A stretch of DNA of 63,997 nt, filler included, from Licmophora abbreviata (Eukaryota): assembly GCA_900291995.1 (NCBI GenBank). It is 11 parts of 11 records of this genome, joined end to end, with 100 filler letters (N's around TTAATTAATTAA, not from the genome) between each part and the next. Parts side by side here need not be neighbours in the genome. Positions count along the whole stretch, not along the records: positions 39,455 to 50,523 come from OLMU01004240.1; positions 50,624 to 52,584 come from OLMU01004241.1; positions 52,685 to 62,773 come from OLMU01004242.1; 8 more parts are not named here. One strand, 5' to 3'. Of this stretch, positions 40,164 through 55,230 are shown piece after piece. The notes under the pieces are model-generated. The model was not told the DNA's origin. It worked only from the letters and a program-made list of their open reading frames with translations, and made no database searches. Made by a program: the position numbers and the translations under genes. The number at the start of each line of letters is the position of its first letter. The stretch's first letter is position 1.

Positions 40164-41515
40164 CTAAGCATCTGTTACTCTCACAACTACTTGCTTCGTG
40201 CTCAAGCTAAAGGCAAGGTACTCGTACTGCCACCCAAATCGTTTGCAGCATTCTCGCCATGCCCTGAACTCGTCTTGCCTCCACGTCGGGTGTCCCAAGT
40301 ATTCATCAAACACCAGAATGGTCCCCGGTACAATTCGCCCATGCATCGCTTCTAGAATATCCAGCGTACTCGAGTACAAGTCACAGTCGATATTACCATA
40401 TGCAAGGAACGCATCCTTCTCGCACTCGGCCAAGAATTGAGGAATCGTATCGCCAAAGAGACCTTTGTGAAACAGAACCTTTCCTTCCAAGTTTGGTATC
40501 ATTCCTCCCGTCGAATAGGCGCCCTTGGGTTCATTTCCCCACGCCTGCGGCAGTCCTGTAAACGTATCAAAGCCATGAATCGGTGTATCCAAGGGTAGTA
40601 GTTCTGAGTCATGCGCAGCGATCGCCCCGAAGCCACTCCAAACTCGCAGACAAATCCTCCTTGCTGAATCAAAGGCATGGCCGCTTCCAACGCAACCTGC
40701 AACATGTCTCGAGTTCCGCGATGCACATTCAAATCGTCGCTTGGTATCTTACGTGTATGCCAACGTACATAACCCCACGTGTCAACCAAACAGGAACGCT
40801 GCGCCTCTCCCCGACGCAAGGCTTCCCATAGCCCCTCCGCCTCGCTACTCTCAGGATCGAGTCGTTCCAGCGCAACAGCCATATGAAACAACACATTGGC
40901 GTTGCTTGGGTTCAAACTATAGGCCTCTCGATACGCTTCAATAGCCTTGTCGAGCTGTTTTCCACCCGTCGCTGCTTCCACGGCAGTCGCCATCCCATCC
41001 AGGGCCACAGCCGAAGGCTTGGTATCAATCATACTCGCCTGTTTGTAAAGTCTCATACTCGCCTTCGCATCCCCCAATGCATCATGATTCAAGTGCGCCA
41101 GTCGCACACACGTGTAGGCCAAGATACTGACAACCTCCGCACGCGAGAGCGACGTAACATGCGAAAACTCTTCGTTGTCCAGGCAGCTCTGGTAGAGCGT
41201 GGCGGCTTCGTGAAAACTGGCGGATGCGGCGCGCGCTTGTCCGTTGCGTTCCAAGACGACGCCTTGACGGAAGGACAAGTCCGCTTCACCGATGACTACG
41301 AATTGAGAGGAAGAGGTAGGAAAGAGGTTGTTGGAGTCATCCACTAGCTGCCAGACCAAACCGGAAGAGGCGGAAGTAGTGGGAGCGGTAGAGCGTAGTG
41401 AAACGGGGGAGTGATGGATGAGGCGGCGAGGCTGGAAGGATGCTCGAAAGGCAGTGACGGCAGGAGCAAGCGATACCACCGTTGCCACGGTTATCATTTG
41501 ATACTTCCAGACCAT
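40164..41515 (-). CDS. TPR + TylF/MycF-like O-methyltransferase, probably plastid-targeted; -1 indel at about 40604
   Basis: VTA-FRA presequence; TPR helices; EFGVASGRSL|GFDTFTGLP, KGLFGDTIP, IDCDLYSST, GTILVFDEY. Confidence 0.8.
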
Positions 41516-41944
41516 CCTTATGAATTTCAACGACGATTGTGTTGAACGAACGACCAATCTCCCCGGCCACCGTTCACCGCATCACTATCCTGTGTTTGGC
41601 TGTGATGTGCATTCGAAAGATCCGAATCGATGCGTTCAATGTTTTCGTAAAATGGAGCTCGTGTTTTCCAACTGTTTTCCTACATACACAGACTTCGAAA
41701 GATACTTCCCAGCGCTTCTTAAATGACCTTTTTTATATACGATATGAATTTTATACAAGACAGACGTCAAAGAGTACCCACGACCACCAAGGAACCGTTT
41801 GTGCAGGAACAAAAAAACAGCGACGGCTACCAAAGAATGAACCCACTCTGTCCATGTGATCCGTCGTGAGTCGAGTCTCCCTTCTCTATCTTCCACTGCC
41901 CCAACACCTTTTCCACTGCGTCCGCTTTACTTTTCGACTCCATC

Positions 41945-43213
41945 ATGGCCCCATCCAATCAACGCCGCAACGGTTTTTCCCGTCCATTCGCGACCTTGCA
42001 AATTGCCACCTGGGTGGCTTTGCCCGTATTGGTGCTGTCCTTTTTGCTGTTTTGCTCTCCCGTGCTGCCCCTGGAGGCCAGCATTCCCGTGACTCTGGTG
42101 CACTTTACAGTGGCTTGCTTGGCCACGTTTTATGCCTATCTGGCTTGTGTGACAGATCCTATGGATGTTCACTTGGCGCTGGACTTGTACAGAACCACCA
42201 ATAATGATGACAATTCCAATGCGTTTGCCAACGCGCTGGACACAACGGCGTACCCGAAAACACCGCCTTCTACCCTTTGGTATCGACCTCCCGACTTCTC
42301 GAAGCTCCCTTCGGTTTCCAATGAACCACTGAAATACTGCTGGGTCTGTGAAACGTCTGTCGCCGAACACAGCATGCACTGCAAGTACTGCAACAAGTGT
42401 GTCAGTCAGTTTGATCATCACTGCCAGTGGCTCAATACGTGTGTTGGGGAAGGCAACTATCATTTTTTCTATTATGCTTTGTGGCTTCTGTGTTCAATGC
42501 TCCTGATACAGTTGGGAGTACTACTCGGCTTGATTGTGGACTACTTTTTGGATGGCAGTACGTTGGATCGCGCCAAAGACTGGATTGAAGAGGCGGCAGC
42601 ATTGGCTGCCATTTGGATCTTCTTTGCCATCTTTGTATCCATTTCCTTATTTCTCATGGGTCAGCTCTTGTGGTTCCACATTCAATTGCGACGAGAGAAC
42701 CTTAGCACCTACAAATTCATTCTGCGAGACTCGGCGCGGAAACGAGATAAGGCGAAGCAGGATGTGGAACGAGCCGGAGAACGAAGTCGTGCGGTGCAGG
42801 ATGCGCAGTCGCACGGTAGGGGGCTACTAGCAACACGACTAGAGCTCGGAAAGTATTGTTGTGTCCTCTGTGATCCGTTGCCTCCGACAGTCATGGAGGA
42901 GGACGATAAGAATGAATCGCACTCTCAAAGTCCGTCGGAGCCTAACGGGAATTCGAATGGTCTGGTGACGAAGGGAGAAGATAACTACAAAGATAGCCCT
43001 ACGAAAGATGGAGACGAGGAGAAGTTGGGTCCAAAAACAAGAACATCTTCATCGTCTTTATCAGAACTGGAAGGAGAAAGATCACTGGCGTCGAATGGCG
43101 GAGGTCCGTTCAGGAGTGCAGAAGAAGCGCATGCCACAATGAAAGAGGATGCCGCACAGGAAGAGCCAGAAAAAGAAGATCTCCAGCAGTCCATAGTATG
43201 GGAGAAGATCTAA
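41945..43213 (+). CDS. DHHC palmitoyltransferase
   Basis: RRNGFSRP; CWVC..HCKYCNKCVSQFDHHCQWLNTCVG; 4 TMs; STY motif. Confidence 0.95.
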   Translation: MAPSNQRRNGFSRPFATLQIATWVALPVLVLSFLLFCSPVLPLEASIPVTLVHFTVACLATFYAYLACVTDPMDVHLALDLYRTTNNDDNSNAFANALDTTAYPKTPPSTLWYRPPDFSKLPSVSNEPLKYCWVCETSVAEHSMHCKYCNKCVSQFDHHCQWLNTCVGEGNYHFFYYALWLLCSMLLIQLGVLLGLIVDYFLDGSTLDRAKDWIEEAAALAAIWIFFAIFVSISLFLMGQLLWFHIQLRRENLSTYKFILRDSARKRDKAKQDVERAGERSRAVQDAQSHGRGLLATRLELGKYCCVLCDPLPPTVMEEDDKNESHSQSPSEPNGNSNGLVTKGEDNYKDSPTKDGDEEKLGPKTRTSSSSLSELEGERSLASNGGGPFRSAEEAHATMKEDAAQEEPEKEDLQQSIVWEKI

Positions 43214-43480
43214 TAGCATTTTTATAGCTGTCAGGTATGCTTTGCTGATGAATAATTGTCCGTTAGAGGCTCACCCCAGTCGTCGCTTGTTGCAACGTTC
43301 CGATCGATCCAAACGACAGTATTCAGAGCGCGTCTCATTTGACTTGCCTGACTGACTCACTCGACTCACTCTTTTGTCTTGACCGCCGTCGGTTTCAGTT
43401 TAGGCCCATGGGATTTTGCGTCTCCGCCGCTCACGGCTGTTCCAATCATTCGACGACGACACCGATACACCTGTTCCACC

Positions 43481-44311
43481 ATGGAAGGACGTGGCGTGAC
43501 GAACTATGATACCACGAAACCATCCTACGCCTTTTCGACTTCCACGACGGAATTCGACGATGCACTCATGCAGCGCGACGTTGTCACGCTGGAGCAGGCT
43601 ATGATGGCCAAGGGTGCCTCCATTTCCGAAGCACAGAGGCTTGCTAGTCTCAAACGGCAAGAAGAGGAATGTCCTATCGCGATAGAGTCACTACACAGGG
43701 GAAACGCGACTAGGAAAGATGCATCAGACGAGGGCTCGAGCTCAGAAGATGATGACGACGACGACGACTTTATGAGGCAGTACCGACAGCGTCGACTGCA
43801 AGAGATCAAGAAAGAGGGAACGTCCAAATTTGGACAAGTCATACCGATTGCACGCGACGAATGGACTCGACACGTCAATGAGGCTAGTCAGCACACGTGG
43901 GTGGTTGTGACGCTCACGTCGAGCGATGTGGAACGAACCGGGTGTGTCGAACGCGCGTCTGTGCAGATGGCTGGCAAGTTTGGCCATATCAAGTTTGTCA
44001 GCATCCCCTCACAACAAGCGATACCAGACTGGCCTGAAGCAAATCTCCTTACTCTTTTCTTGTATCGATACGGAAAGATGCAGCATCAGCTAATACGACT
44101 GCCGGTGGACATGGCGCCGGACCAACTGGAATGGATGTTGGCCGAACATGCCGTCGTCGAGACGGATCTGCGAGAGGCGCCGGATTTGTCGACATCATTG
44201 TCGAACGGAGACACGGGGATACGAGGGTACCACGGCATCTCAGCTTTTGGTGGCACTGGAGCACAACTATCAACAAGACACACGGACGACCAAGACGCCG
44301 AAGACTTCTAG
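43481..44311 (+). CDS. Phosducin-like protein (PhLP2/PDCL3-type)
   Basis: TTEFDDAL, FMRQYRQRRLQE, KFGQV..W..HVNEAS..WVVV, KFVSI..IPDWPE.NL. Confidence 0.8.
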   Translation: MEGRGVTNYDTTKPSYAFSTSTTEFDDALMQRDVVTLEQAMMAKGASISEAQRLASLKRQEEECPIAIESLHRGNATRKDASDEGSSSEDDDDDDDFMRQYRQRRLQEIKKEGTSKFGQVIPIARDEWTRHVNEASQHTWVVVTLTSSDVERTGCVERASVQMAGKFGHIKFVSIPSQQAIPDWPEANLLTLFLYRYGKMQHQLIRLPVDMAPDQLEWMLAEHAVVETDLREAPDLSTSLSNGDTGIRGYHGISAFGGTGAQLSTRHTDDQDAEDF

Positions 44312-44392
44312 CACCTCAAATGATTTCTACACGTCTCCGATAGTCTCTAACAAAACTGGGTTTCAAATTATACATGCTCCAAATTCTAATTT

Positions 44393-45961
44393 CTAATCGT
44401 CACCATGCGCTGATCCTTGATCCATCTGGAATGACACAACGCGTGGTCTGGTCACATCGCCGACTGCCTCGTCTGTTTCTCTTGTCTCGTCCTTGATGTC
44501 TTCTTCATCGTATTCGCCGAGTTTGCAAGCATCCGGTGCTTTAGACGGGTCCCCGTCTTCTGTGAGACTGTTTACACTTTCAGCCTCTTCGACTTCTTCC
44601 GACGCGAACCGGATTATTCCACTCGTCCGACTCTGGGAATCCCTCCGCGACCCCCTCGCCGACGGCCTAACTTGCAGCAGACGTCTCCATCGGCTCAATT
44701 CCCTTCGTGCACCTTCCTCATCCTCATGGTCTTCATCGACGTACTGACTTTCCTTTCGAGCTTTTGATTGGGCTTCGTCGGGAAAGATGACTCTTCGCAG
44801 TGCCTGCGTACGACTCGCGTCGGGATACTTTTCTCGATAGCTGACAAAACGGGGTCGTATGTAAACGCAGTAATTGAAAAAACCCTGCGACGGCTCGAAG
44901 ATTGTATGAAGCACAGTCAGGGGAAAATACGTTTGTCGAACAATCTGTTGCAGCAACCGATTGATTGTGGCAAACAAGAATGTCAGGTAGAAAGCGCCGA
45001 CATACCACAGAGCCTGTATTGCGACACGACGACTCTTGGAGACCTTGCTCCCACTGCCTTGTGTAGACTCATGGATACTGCTACCAGAACGAGTTCCCAT
45101 TCTCCGAAGTACAGAGCCCCGACGCTTTCTACCGTCATCTTCGTCATAGGTCGGACTCGCAGTTCGCTCGTATTGATACTTTCGACTGGCAAGTTCCAGT
45201 CGTCGCACCTCAAAGTATACTGCAACCATGGCAAACATAACAAAGAGAATACAGAACCAGAGTTCGGCATAGTAAAAGGCCCATCGATAGATCCAGGCGT
45301 TGTCCCCGCGAATGCAGTTTCCTTCCGAGCCATAGCGAAAGGTATCGAGGCAGTCGAGCGGGAGAGGTGCGATCCAGCACCAAAGGTTGGCATTGTTCTA
45401 TTATACGGAACAACAGAAGCGTCAGAGTGAATCTCTCTTGCCGTTTTCTCTTTCAAGACAAACTACCAGGTACTCTAGAGCAATACTTACAAACAAGTCC
45501 ATGCCCAAACTGGCAAAGCAGAAGCCTAGTGCGATGCTCGTCGCCGCAATATGAAACCACTTTTCCACTGTGTTACGAATTCTCTCTTCTGTCCACGAGT
45601 ACTTGATGACAAGCATATAGTATATACTCAGACACATGTTGAGAATCGGAATCGCGAGTCCAAACTGCAAAACAAAGCCTTGAAAGGTACACGACTGAGT
45701 GTTGCCACTGGCAAAAGCGACGCCAGGGGTGCCTCTAGGTATTGGCCAGGTCGAACAGAAATTCAGACTGCTTTCAATGACATCGTATATACTCATGACG
45801 AGTAGCAATCGATGGTAGACTCGCGAGAGCTTTCGCCGATCAAAGATCAGGACTTCGTAAATGATGCAGCTGCTTCCCAGAATGCTGGCTGAGGCGCTGA
45901 ATTTGGGCATCAGGGCAACCACCCTTTGCTGTGCCAGCGTCCAGCCTGAGCCAGCGACCAT
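44393..45961 (-). CDS. 7-TM GPCR-like receptor (Git3/cAMP-receptor-like); intron 45398-45490
   Basis: YHRLLLVMS, CTFQGF..QFG, LSIYYML, NLWCWIA, VAIQALWY, QGFFN..VYIRP. Confidence 0.8.
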
Positions 45962-46311
45962 AGTGGCGGAAAATAAAAAGGGTAGAGAAGCTTGCTATGG
46001 CCAGAGACGAGGTTTGCAGCACCTCGACAATGAAACTCCCATGGTCTTCTTCGCCTCTTCGTGTACTCGGATACCATCAAAACACCGACGAAGACACTCA
46101 TTCTGAAAATGACAAAGCGCGCGACAGTCTGGCCTCGTACCCCTCACTCACAGCACGAGCTAACGTTATCGCTTTACCGTTACGATACCGCGCCGCGGCT
46201 GACAACCATCGGATCGCACCGCCGGCGGGTAAGTCTCGACCATGGCACGACGTTCCCGGTGACTGAACCACATACTCCCCTCAAGTGATACATACATACA
46301 CAGCGAACAGG

Positions 46312-47906
46312 ATGACCGCTTTCCCCAAGACGAATGAATTCGTGGCAGTCGTGTTGGCTGCCACCCCTGGAGCGCGCTTGTTTCCTTTGACCTCCTCTTC
46401 CAGCACCCCCAAACACTTGCTGCCCGTCGGTGGCAAGCCCGTACTTATGAGACTATTGAGCAGTATTCTGGATGCAGGATTTCAAGAATGTATTCTGGCG
46501 CTATCGCATGAAGACACTGTTACAGTATCTACTCTCTTTCAGAACATGGAACAAGTTTCCCCGCATGTTTTTCGAGTATTTGAAACGTCGCTGCAGATCA
46601 CCATTCATATCTTGTCGGAAGGATGCTCGGGGTCGGCGGATGCCTTGAGGGAAATTCACGGCAACACTTCGGTTCCTCCTAGTAGTAAGAGTGACTCGCA
46701 TTGGGTCGTCCTGCCAGGCGACTTGGTGGTACTGGATGCTAGCGTCTTACGAGACTTGGTGGATCGACATCGGGTCAGTCAGTATGCTGCACGAGGAAGC
46801 GAGACAGAACAGCACATGGCGACTGCTTGTACCATGCTGCTGGCTGATGTGGGAGAACAAGATGACCACGGAGTGCCACTCAAAGAGTCGGCCAAGGTAA
46901 GTATCCCACCGAAAAATTGACGCATTGATGCATACGTTCCGGTTCGTGAATGCCTGCATTGTCACTCATCCGACGTGCCGTGCATTCTCTCTGGGCCTCT
47001 CTGCAGCAAAAAAAGGGCGGCCTCGCTCGAGATGAAGAGGATATCGAATACATTGCTCTCTCCGATTCGAAGACTACCAGTAAGTCGTCGCTCATGTCGT
47101 CACCGCGAGTGATTTGGAAACAGTCCAAGATTGATGTCGAACAGGACGAGGAGCTTGTAGGACAGACGCCAAAGCTGGTTTTGCCAAAAGCTCGGTTGCG
47201 ATCTAGCGTGGTGAAAGTCACGACGGACTGGACTGATCTACATGTATATGCCTTGTCGCCGTGGGTGCTTTCACTGTTGAAAGCCCGCAGCAGTACCACA
47301 ATTTCGTTGCAGGGAGATGTCTTGCCCTTGCTCGTGTCGAGACAATACAGAGGCATCAAAGCAACTTTTGGGAGTTTTGATGAAAATGGGCTACTAGAGG
47401 AAGTCTTGTCATCGTCAGCGGTATCCTCTGGAGATGACAGGAAGAGCAGGGGTGATCACGAGTATGCCGTCCGTGCACACGTCTTGAATGGGTGGAAAGC
47501 CCTGCGTGTGGCAACGATTCCATCGTACTTGTATTCCTGTCGAGAAGTAGTTTCGCGGGTTGTGAATGAAAGCGCCACTGCATCTCTGACGTTGCCACCC
47601 AACACCACCGTTAATGCCAAGTTCCATTCCATCTTGTTGGAGGGGGTCACCTTGGGAGAAAAGGTCACTTGCAAGAGTAGTACGGTGGGACGGCACTCGA
47701 AAATTAGCACGAGGTGTCGACTGAACAATGTCGTGGTAATGGAAAATGTTGAGATTGGCGAGAATTGCGTGCTACAGAACTCCATTCTAGGAGCCGGGTG
47801 TGTCATTGGTGAAAATTGCAATCTGAACGATTGTCAAGTCGCACCGGGGAAGAAGGTTCCAGCAGGCACCAAGGAAAAAGGAGAATCTCTTATGGATGTA
47901 GTCTAG
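46312..47906 (+). CDS. EIF2B3: Translation initiation factor eIF2B gamma subunit; intron 46897-47006
   Basis: AVVLA..GARLFPL..PKHLLPVGGKP, DLHVY, C-terminal left-handed beta-helix hexapeptides. Confidence 0.85.
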
Positions 47907-48407
47907 TAGCATGGTGGTGATAAGGATAACTTATCTGCTGAGAATATTGGGCTTGTATTCTGACGCTAAATACACAAGCTGTTAGTTCGGGCTCTCCTTA
48001 TAGCTTATTTATGATAGCGCTCGGACGCACTGCCCACGATTGTACGGAGCCCTTCCCTCTCTCTAGAGAGACTTTATGTCTTGTAGGTTCTCGATGTATA
48101 TTTGCTTCTATGCACAGGGCATGGATTGTGTGTATATGCGAGAGAGTGACGCGTCGTCGCGAAAGCGGTGCTAAAGTGGCCGCGCGGTAGACACATCTTC
48201 AGAATGCCTCGAGGGCGCTTTTGAATTTTGAAGTTTAGCTGCGGAGGAGCTCTCATCGCTCATCAAGCAATTCATTGCAATCGAATTTCTCGCGGCATCG
48301 CGAGATGACACACACCATTCCTGCCTACCTGTGCTTGGACACTGAAGAGAGAGTGGAACACGAGCGATTATTCGGTTGCTCCCAGAAACGCCCATAGCCT
48401 GTGATCC

Positions 48408-48773
48408 ATGGCACCCAAAAGCAAGGCCAAGAAAGAGCAGTCGGTGCCGCCGTCGGCTGGCTTCCTCATCTCTTGCGACGTTGCCACCAAGCAATTTATC
48501 CAGCACCAAAACGAAACCAAGCACGCCGACAAGAAGTTTATCCTAAAGGACTTGGATGCAACGCATCTCTTAGTCAAGGCATCGGCGCGAGACGAGATTG
48601 AGCGCAAGGTGGAACAATGGTTGGATGAGGTACGCAATTCGTTCATCAAGTCAATACTGCCCGAGATCACCAGACACGTAGTATTGCTCACCCTCAAACC
48701 ATGACAATTGTTTTCTTATTAGAATGTGTTCTCGAGCGTGGAACGCGTTGGTGAAGACCTAGACATGTCATAG
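48408..48773 (+). CDS. TFB5: TFIIH subunit 5 (Tfb5/TTDA); intron 48630-48722
   Basis: GFLISCDVATKQFI, FILKDLDATHLLV, WLDE|NVF. Confidence 0.88.
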
Positions 48774-48871
48774 CACTGGTTCGGACATCGCTTTTCACTT
48801 CGAACGCCCTTTGTACTTCTAGCTAGATAGTATCACATTTCTCTGTGTAACTATATGAACAAAACCTACGC

Positions 48872-51181
48872 TCACACGGTCGGCTCAAACACTTGCTGGC
48901 TCCACACATCCCTCATCTCCTGACTTAATCTTTGGTGATTCCGGTGAAATTCAAATGGACCAGCAGCAAAGCATACCAGGACCGTGTTTACAGCACTTCC
49001 AACGACGCCCAATAGAAGAACGTTCGACAGCACAAATCCGAGGACAGAACCAAGACTATGAAGCAGGGAAGAAGACGAACAGCAGGATCGATCTGTTAGT
49101 GGTGCGCGTTCAGGACATCAATCATGATTACAACACGATCCAATGCTTTCAACACTCACACGAATGACGTTATGACAGGCTGGTGAAAAGACGTGAATGT
49201 ATAGCCGTCTACTTCCTCTACCACCACGCCAAATGTGCCCGAGCTCCCACCGATAACAAGACTCGCCATGAGCATCACATTGTGAATCAAATTATCCTGC
49301 ACAACAGACATCCACCCTCTTGTTTCAAAGAGCTGAATCGCTCTGTCGCCCGCCTCGGCGAACGAATAGCCGTACATACCGATATAGCAGAAGGACCATC
49401 GATTGCCACGTAGAAAGTGGCGACGTATGCAGTCAAACGAACGCCCACCACAACTGGCATCTTCGGTACCTTGCCGATGGCGTGGACTGAATCGAAAGAT
49501 GGAAACACAGCAGATCCACAAAACGGCGCGTATAATCTGAGACGGCAGCACCACGAGACTTCCGAGACATACCGAACCGAGCGATGTCGTTACAGCGCGG
49601 AAGAACGGCTTGGAGACGGCCGAGGAACAACAGGGACTCACATCAGCAGGCCGGAACCAGAATGTGCCAACTGCGCTGGCTACTGTCACCCTCACGATGT
49701 TCTAGAGGCATACAGGGAGAGAGAGAGAGAAGTATTCGTGACTTTCATTCAGCAATCCACCGTGCGACTTTCTCACTTCTTACGTACCTTGATCACCAAG
49801 TTGGTCCACGCGAACGAGATGAGCAGAGCAACGTACAAGAGAATATGCGAGTGCGGCATGCTTTCTTGGCAATACAGATCTCCAGGGGAACATTCATCCA
49901 ACGTATCCACTATTCCGATGAACGCCACGCACCAAATGATGCACCACGCAAACGCGACAAACAGCATGCCGATGCCTACCAGCGTAATGTCGGCCGTACA
50001 GCGCATCGCACAAAGAGCTGTGTACAGGTTCGTCGCTGCGAAGGGTATACGATCCCACACCACCATGGTGTACGTGACTAGCAAAAAGAGCGCCACAAAG
50101 CCCATAATAGGCACAATTCCGTGGGGTTGGATAGCGTATCCAATGATGCCCCACCCGAGTGCCAACAGAATGGAAAATACAAGCGACACTTGTATCAGCG
50201 ACTTGGCGATAATGAGCATAAAACCGACCGTGACGAGACTCAAAATACATGCGTAGAGTCCAGCAATCCCGCAGATAGAAATCACAGTCTGATAATCTAT
50301 CGTAAATAAGGAGGGAACGGCAGCCGATTTGATAGAGTTCACGATGGGAACCAATGTTGCTTCATGCAGCTTCGACATCAGAAAGTCATCATTCGCCGTT
50401 TCGACTTGCGACACTAGTCCTCCCAGGGAACTATCGTTCTCTAGTATTGTCATGCGAGACCATGGAGTCCAGCTCTTGTCGAACAGTACAACGTTCGATC
50501 CAAACCGGGCCGCCGCGAAAACANNNNNNNNNNNNNNNNNNNNNNNNNNNNNNNNNNNNNNNNNNNNTTAATTAATTAANNNNNNNNNNNNNNNNNNNNN
50601 NNNNNNNNNNNNNNNNNNNNNNNAATCCGTTTTACAGCCCGCTCTCGCTCACCCTGTTCTATCTGCTTCTGCCTTAGCTGCCGATATCTTCGACTCTCAG
50701 GTGCAGAGGGATGTCGACCGTGCTGTTGTGCACTCCCACCTGAGCTAAACTTCGTTCCTGGAAACTCGCCACCGCCTTCGCCAATTTCTTGCCCAGCATA
50801 CTCCTGATCTTCTTGAACGACCAAAGGTTGCCCTACTGCATCCACTGAACCATAGGTATACACTGGGGTGAACATCTGGCGAGGATCGTGAGACGGTTCG
50901 CCTTGACGTGATGCGCCGTCATCGCCGTAGTACGCCTGCGGCCGGGCATTGTTCCACGACTTGCGATGGTCTCTCTCGGGTGAATACGCAAGCGACAAGT
51001 GGTCGTCCTCACTATTGGGGGGAGCAGGAAAGAAGTAGGCATCCGACAAGGAATCATCGTCACTGTAAATCAGGTGCTCATCGGAAGAAGTCCGAGCTTC
51101 GATGGGATTTCCATGGACGTTCCTCCACGGCATCCTCACGGGATCAGATGGCTCGTCAGAGTGCTCATCTTCGTCAGCCAT
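48872..51181 (-). CDS. Second choline transporter-like (CTL/Pns1) protein, multi-exon, split by a gap
   Basis: WDRIPFAATNL, SFAWTNLVIK, SLGSVCLGSL, NRWSFCYIGMYGYSF; paralog of 25462-27492. Confidence 0.8.
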
Positions 51182-51606
51182 CTTGCTTCCAACGCAGGCT
51201 TAGCTCTATACTAGGGGAAAGGGCGCACTCATCGTTCTCAGCTAGACCAAACACAAGAAGCACATACGAATGTACCGCGGTGCGGTTGAAGGCTGATGGG
51301 TTTTAATGATGGGCGAGAAAACGCAACAGGCGCGAACCCGAATTTTTCGGAAAAAAATGTCTTATGGTGTAACCGTCTACGAATAAATTTTGAGACACCC
51401 AGCTCTGATTCCCGCCACAATGCTCGGAGTATCAGATCATACATTGATAAATACACACATAATATTGACGGGTCTCCGGGTCTCCCTCGACAATCTCAAT
51501 TATGAAATTTCTTCCGATTTTAGAAATTTCACAATTTTGAGATTATTTTCGAGAGATCCGAAATTTCCAAGAACGCGTCTCAGATTCCATCTTTCGCCCA
51601 ATAACC

Positions 51607-52818
51607 ATGGCCGTCGCATCTCCCGCTCTTCACCGGCTAGCCTCACAGCGAAACTATCCGGAACTCCTCGAGAGATTCGCGTCGCACCCTGAAGATATAG
51701 TATGGACGGATCGATATGGAAATACGACATTGCATGTGCTCTGTCAGGCCCAGCAACGCGACGACATGCTTTTGCCGGCGATTCGCGCCATTGTGAATGC
51801 CAAACCAGAACTCATCCAACAAGCAAACCTCGCGGGATGGACTCCAATGCATCATGCTGCTAGCAAGAGACTGTCTACTAGACCAAGCTCTCTGCACTCT
51901 GACACGTTGCTCTTCTTGATTGAAAAGTGCCCATCTGCGGTATCGAAAGTGAATTTGTCAGGATTCAAGCGGATGACACCCTTTCACATTGCCTGTGAGG
52001 CTAATTTGGATATTTCAATACTGAAACGAATGCTACGAGTTGATCCACTTCTCGCAACAAAGCCTTGCGTGGAAAATGAAGCCTACGCCATGTCGGAGAA
52101 CCCCATCCAGCTGCTATGGAAAGCCAGTAGTAACGTGGTGCTTCAGCAACGAGGCGACGGAGTTGCGTCGACACTATGGGCTGATTCTTCTGCCTTTGTC
52201 CAGATTACGGACAAAATTGCATTGTTACTGTTGACAGCCTATCATGGTCAGGTGGTGGATTCTTCTGCCAACCGCTATCTTTTGCACGCCGCCTGCAGTC
52301 AGCGAGTTCCGCGAGCGTTTATTTCGTACATATTGTCGCACGAGGACATTCGACAGCAGGCTCGCGTTGTTGACGAGCGAGGAAACTTACCATTGCACTA
52401 TGCCGTCGATTCAGCATCTGTGGATTCACAACTGTACACCCACTTCTTGTTCAATTATCTCTTGGAGGTGTATCCTGGAGCGGCGAGCGTCGTGGATTCG
52501 CACGGGCGACTGCCTCTGTACGTCGCGTTGCGCGACTCGCACATGACTTGGCACAAGGGTGGGATCAGGGAGCTCGTCTATGCANNNNNNNNNNNNNNNN
52601 NNNNNNNNNNNNNNNNNNNNNNNNNNNNTTAATTAATTAANNNNNNNNNNNNNNNNNNNNNNNNNNNNNNNNNNNNNNNNNNNNGTGACGAAGCAAGTCA
52701 GCTGTATCCATTCATGGCGTCTGCGCAAAAGGCAATTTCCTCCCGACTTCACTTGAGCACGCTGTACGAACTCTTGCGAGCAGCTCCAGATATGGTCAAG
52801 GTTGACAACAATGATTAG
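51607..52818 (+). CDS. Ankyrin-like repeat protein, split by a gap
   Basis: GNTTLHVLC, GWTPMHHA, TPFHIAC, GNLPLHYA, GRLPLYVA; LYPFMASA...LSTLYELLRAAP tail after the gap. Confidence 0.8.
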
Positions 52819-52982
52819 AATATAGGATGCAATGTACGATAGATGTATATTCCTGTGCGCGGGTTCGCTTGAAGATTGCTGTTCTCGTGTCCAAGGTGAT
52901 CGCCATATAACATAATCTCGTCCATTTTTATGGGAGATGTAAGGCCTAAGTTAGAACAGTACAGTGAATATGCCAGAGACGA

Positions 52983-54908
<1,926 letters not shown>

Positions 54909-55230
54909 TCAGATAACCTTGCTGTCGATATCGATAGCTCTAAGGATGTAAGTACTAGACTCTGGATGCAACTACCAACTCATTAACGTTGGAAGTGTCG
55001 TCGCAATAGCCCAACACACCCGCCGCCCAACACAAGAATAATGTGCATGGTGATTTTTGATTTTCTCACACAATATCTTTGTATCTTGTTTCTTCAGAAA
55101 AGTCCGAAAAACCCACACTTTTTTAGCTGTTTGGTGCAAAACTGAGACACGTGCGATTCGCGCCACTATGTCGAAGGCAATCGATGAAGCTAAACTCATT
55201 TTCTAGCGCACAGAGCCTCAAATGTAGAAC

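Noticed and set aside
41945..45961. DHHC + phosducin-like + GPCR as a G-protein signalling cluster
   Set aside because: The phosducin looks like the CCT co-chaperone PhLP2 type and adjacency in a compact genome is weak evidence
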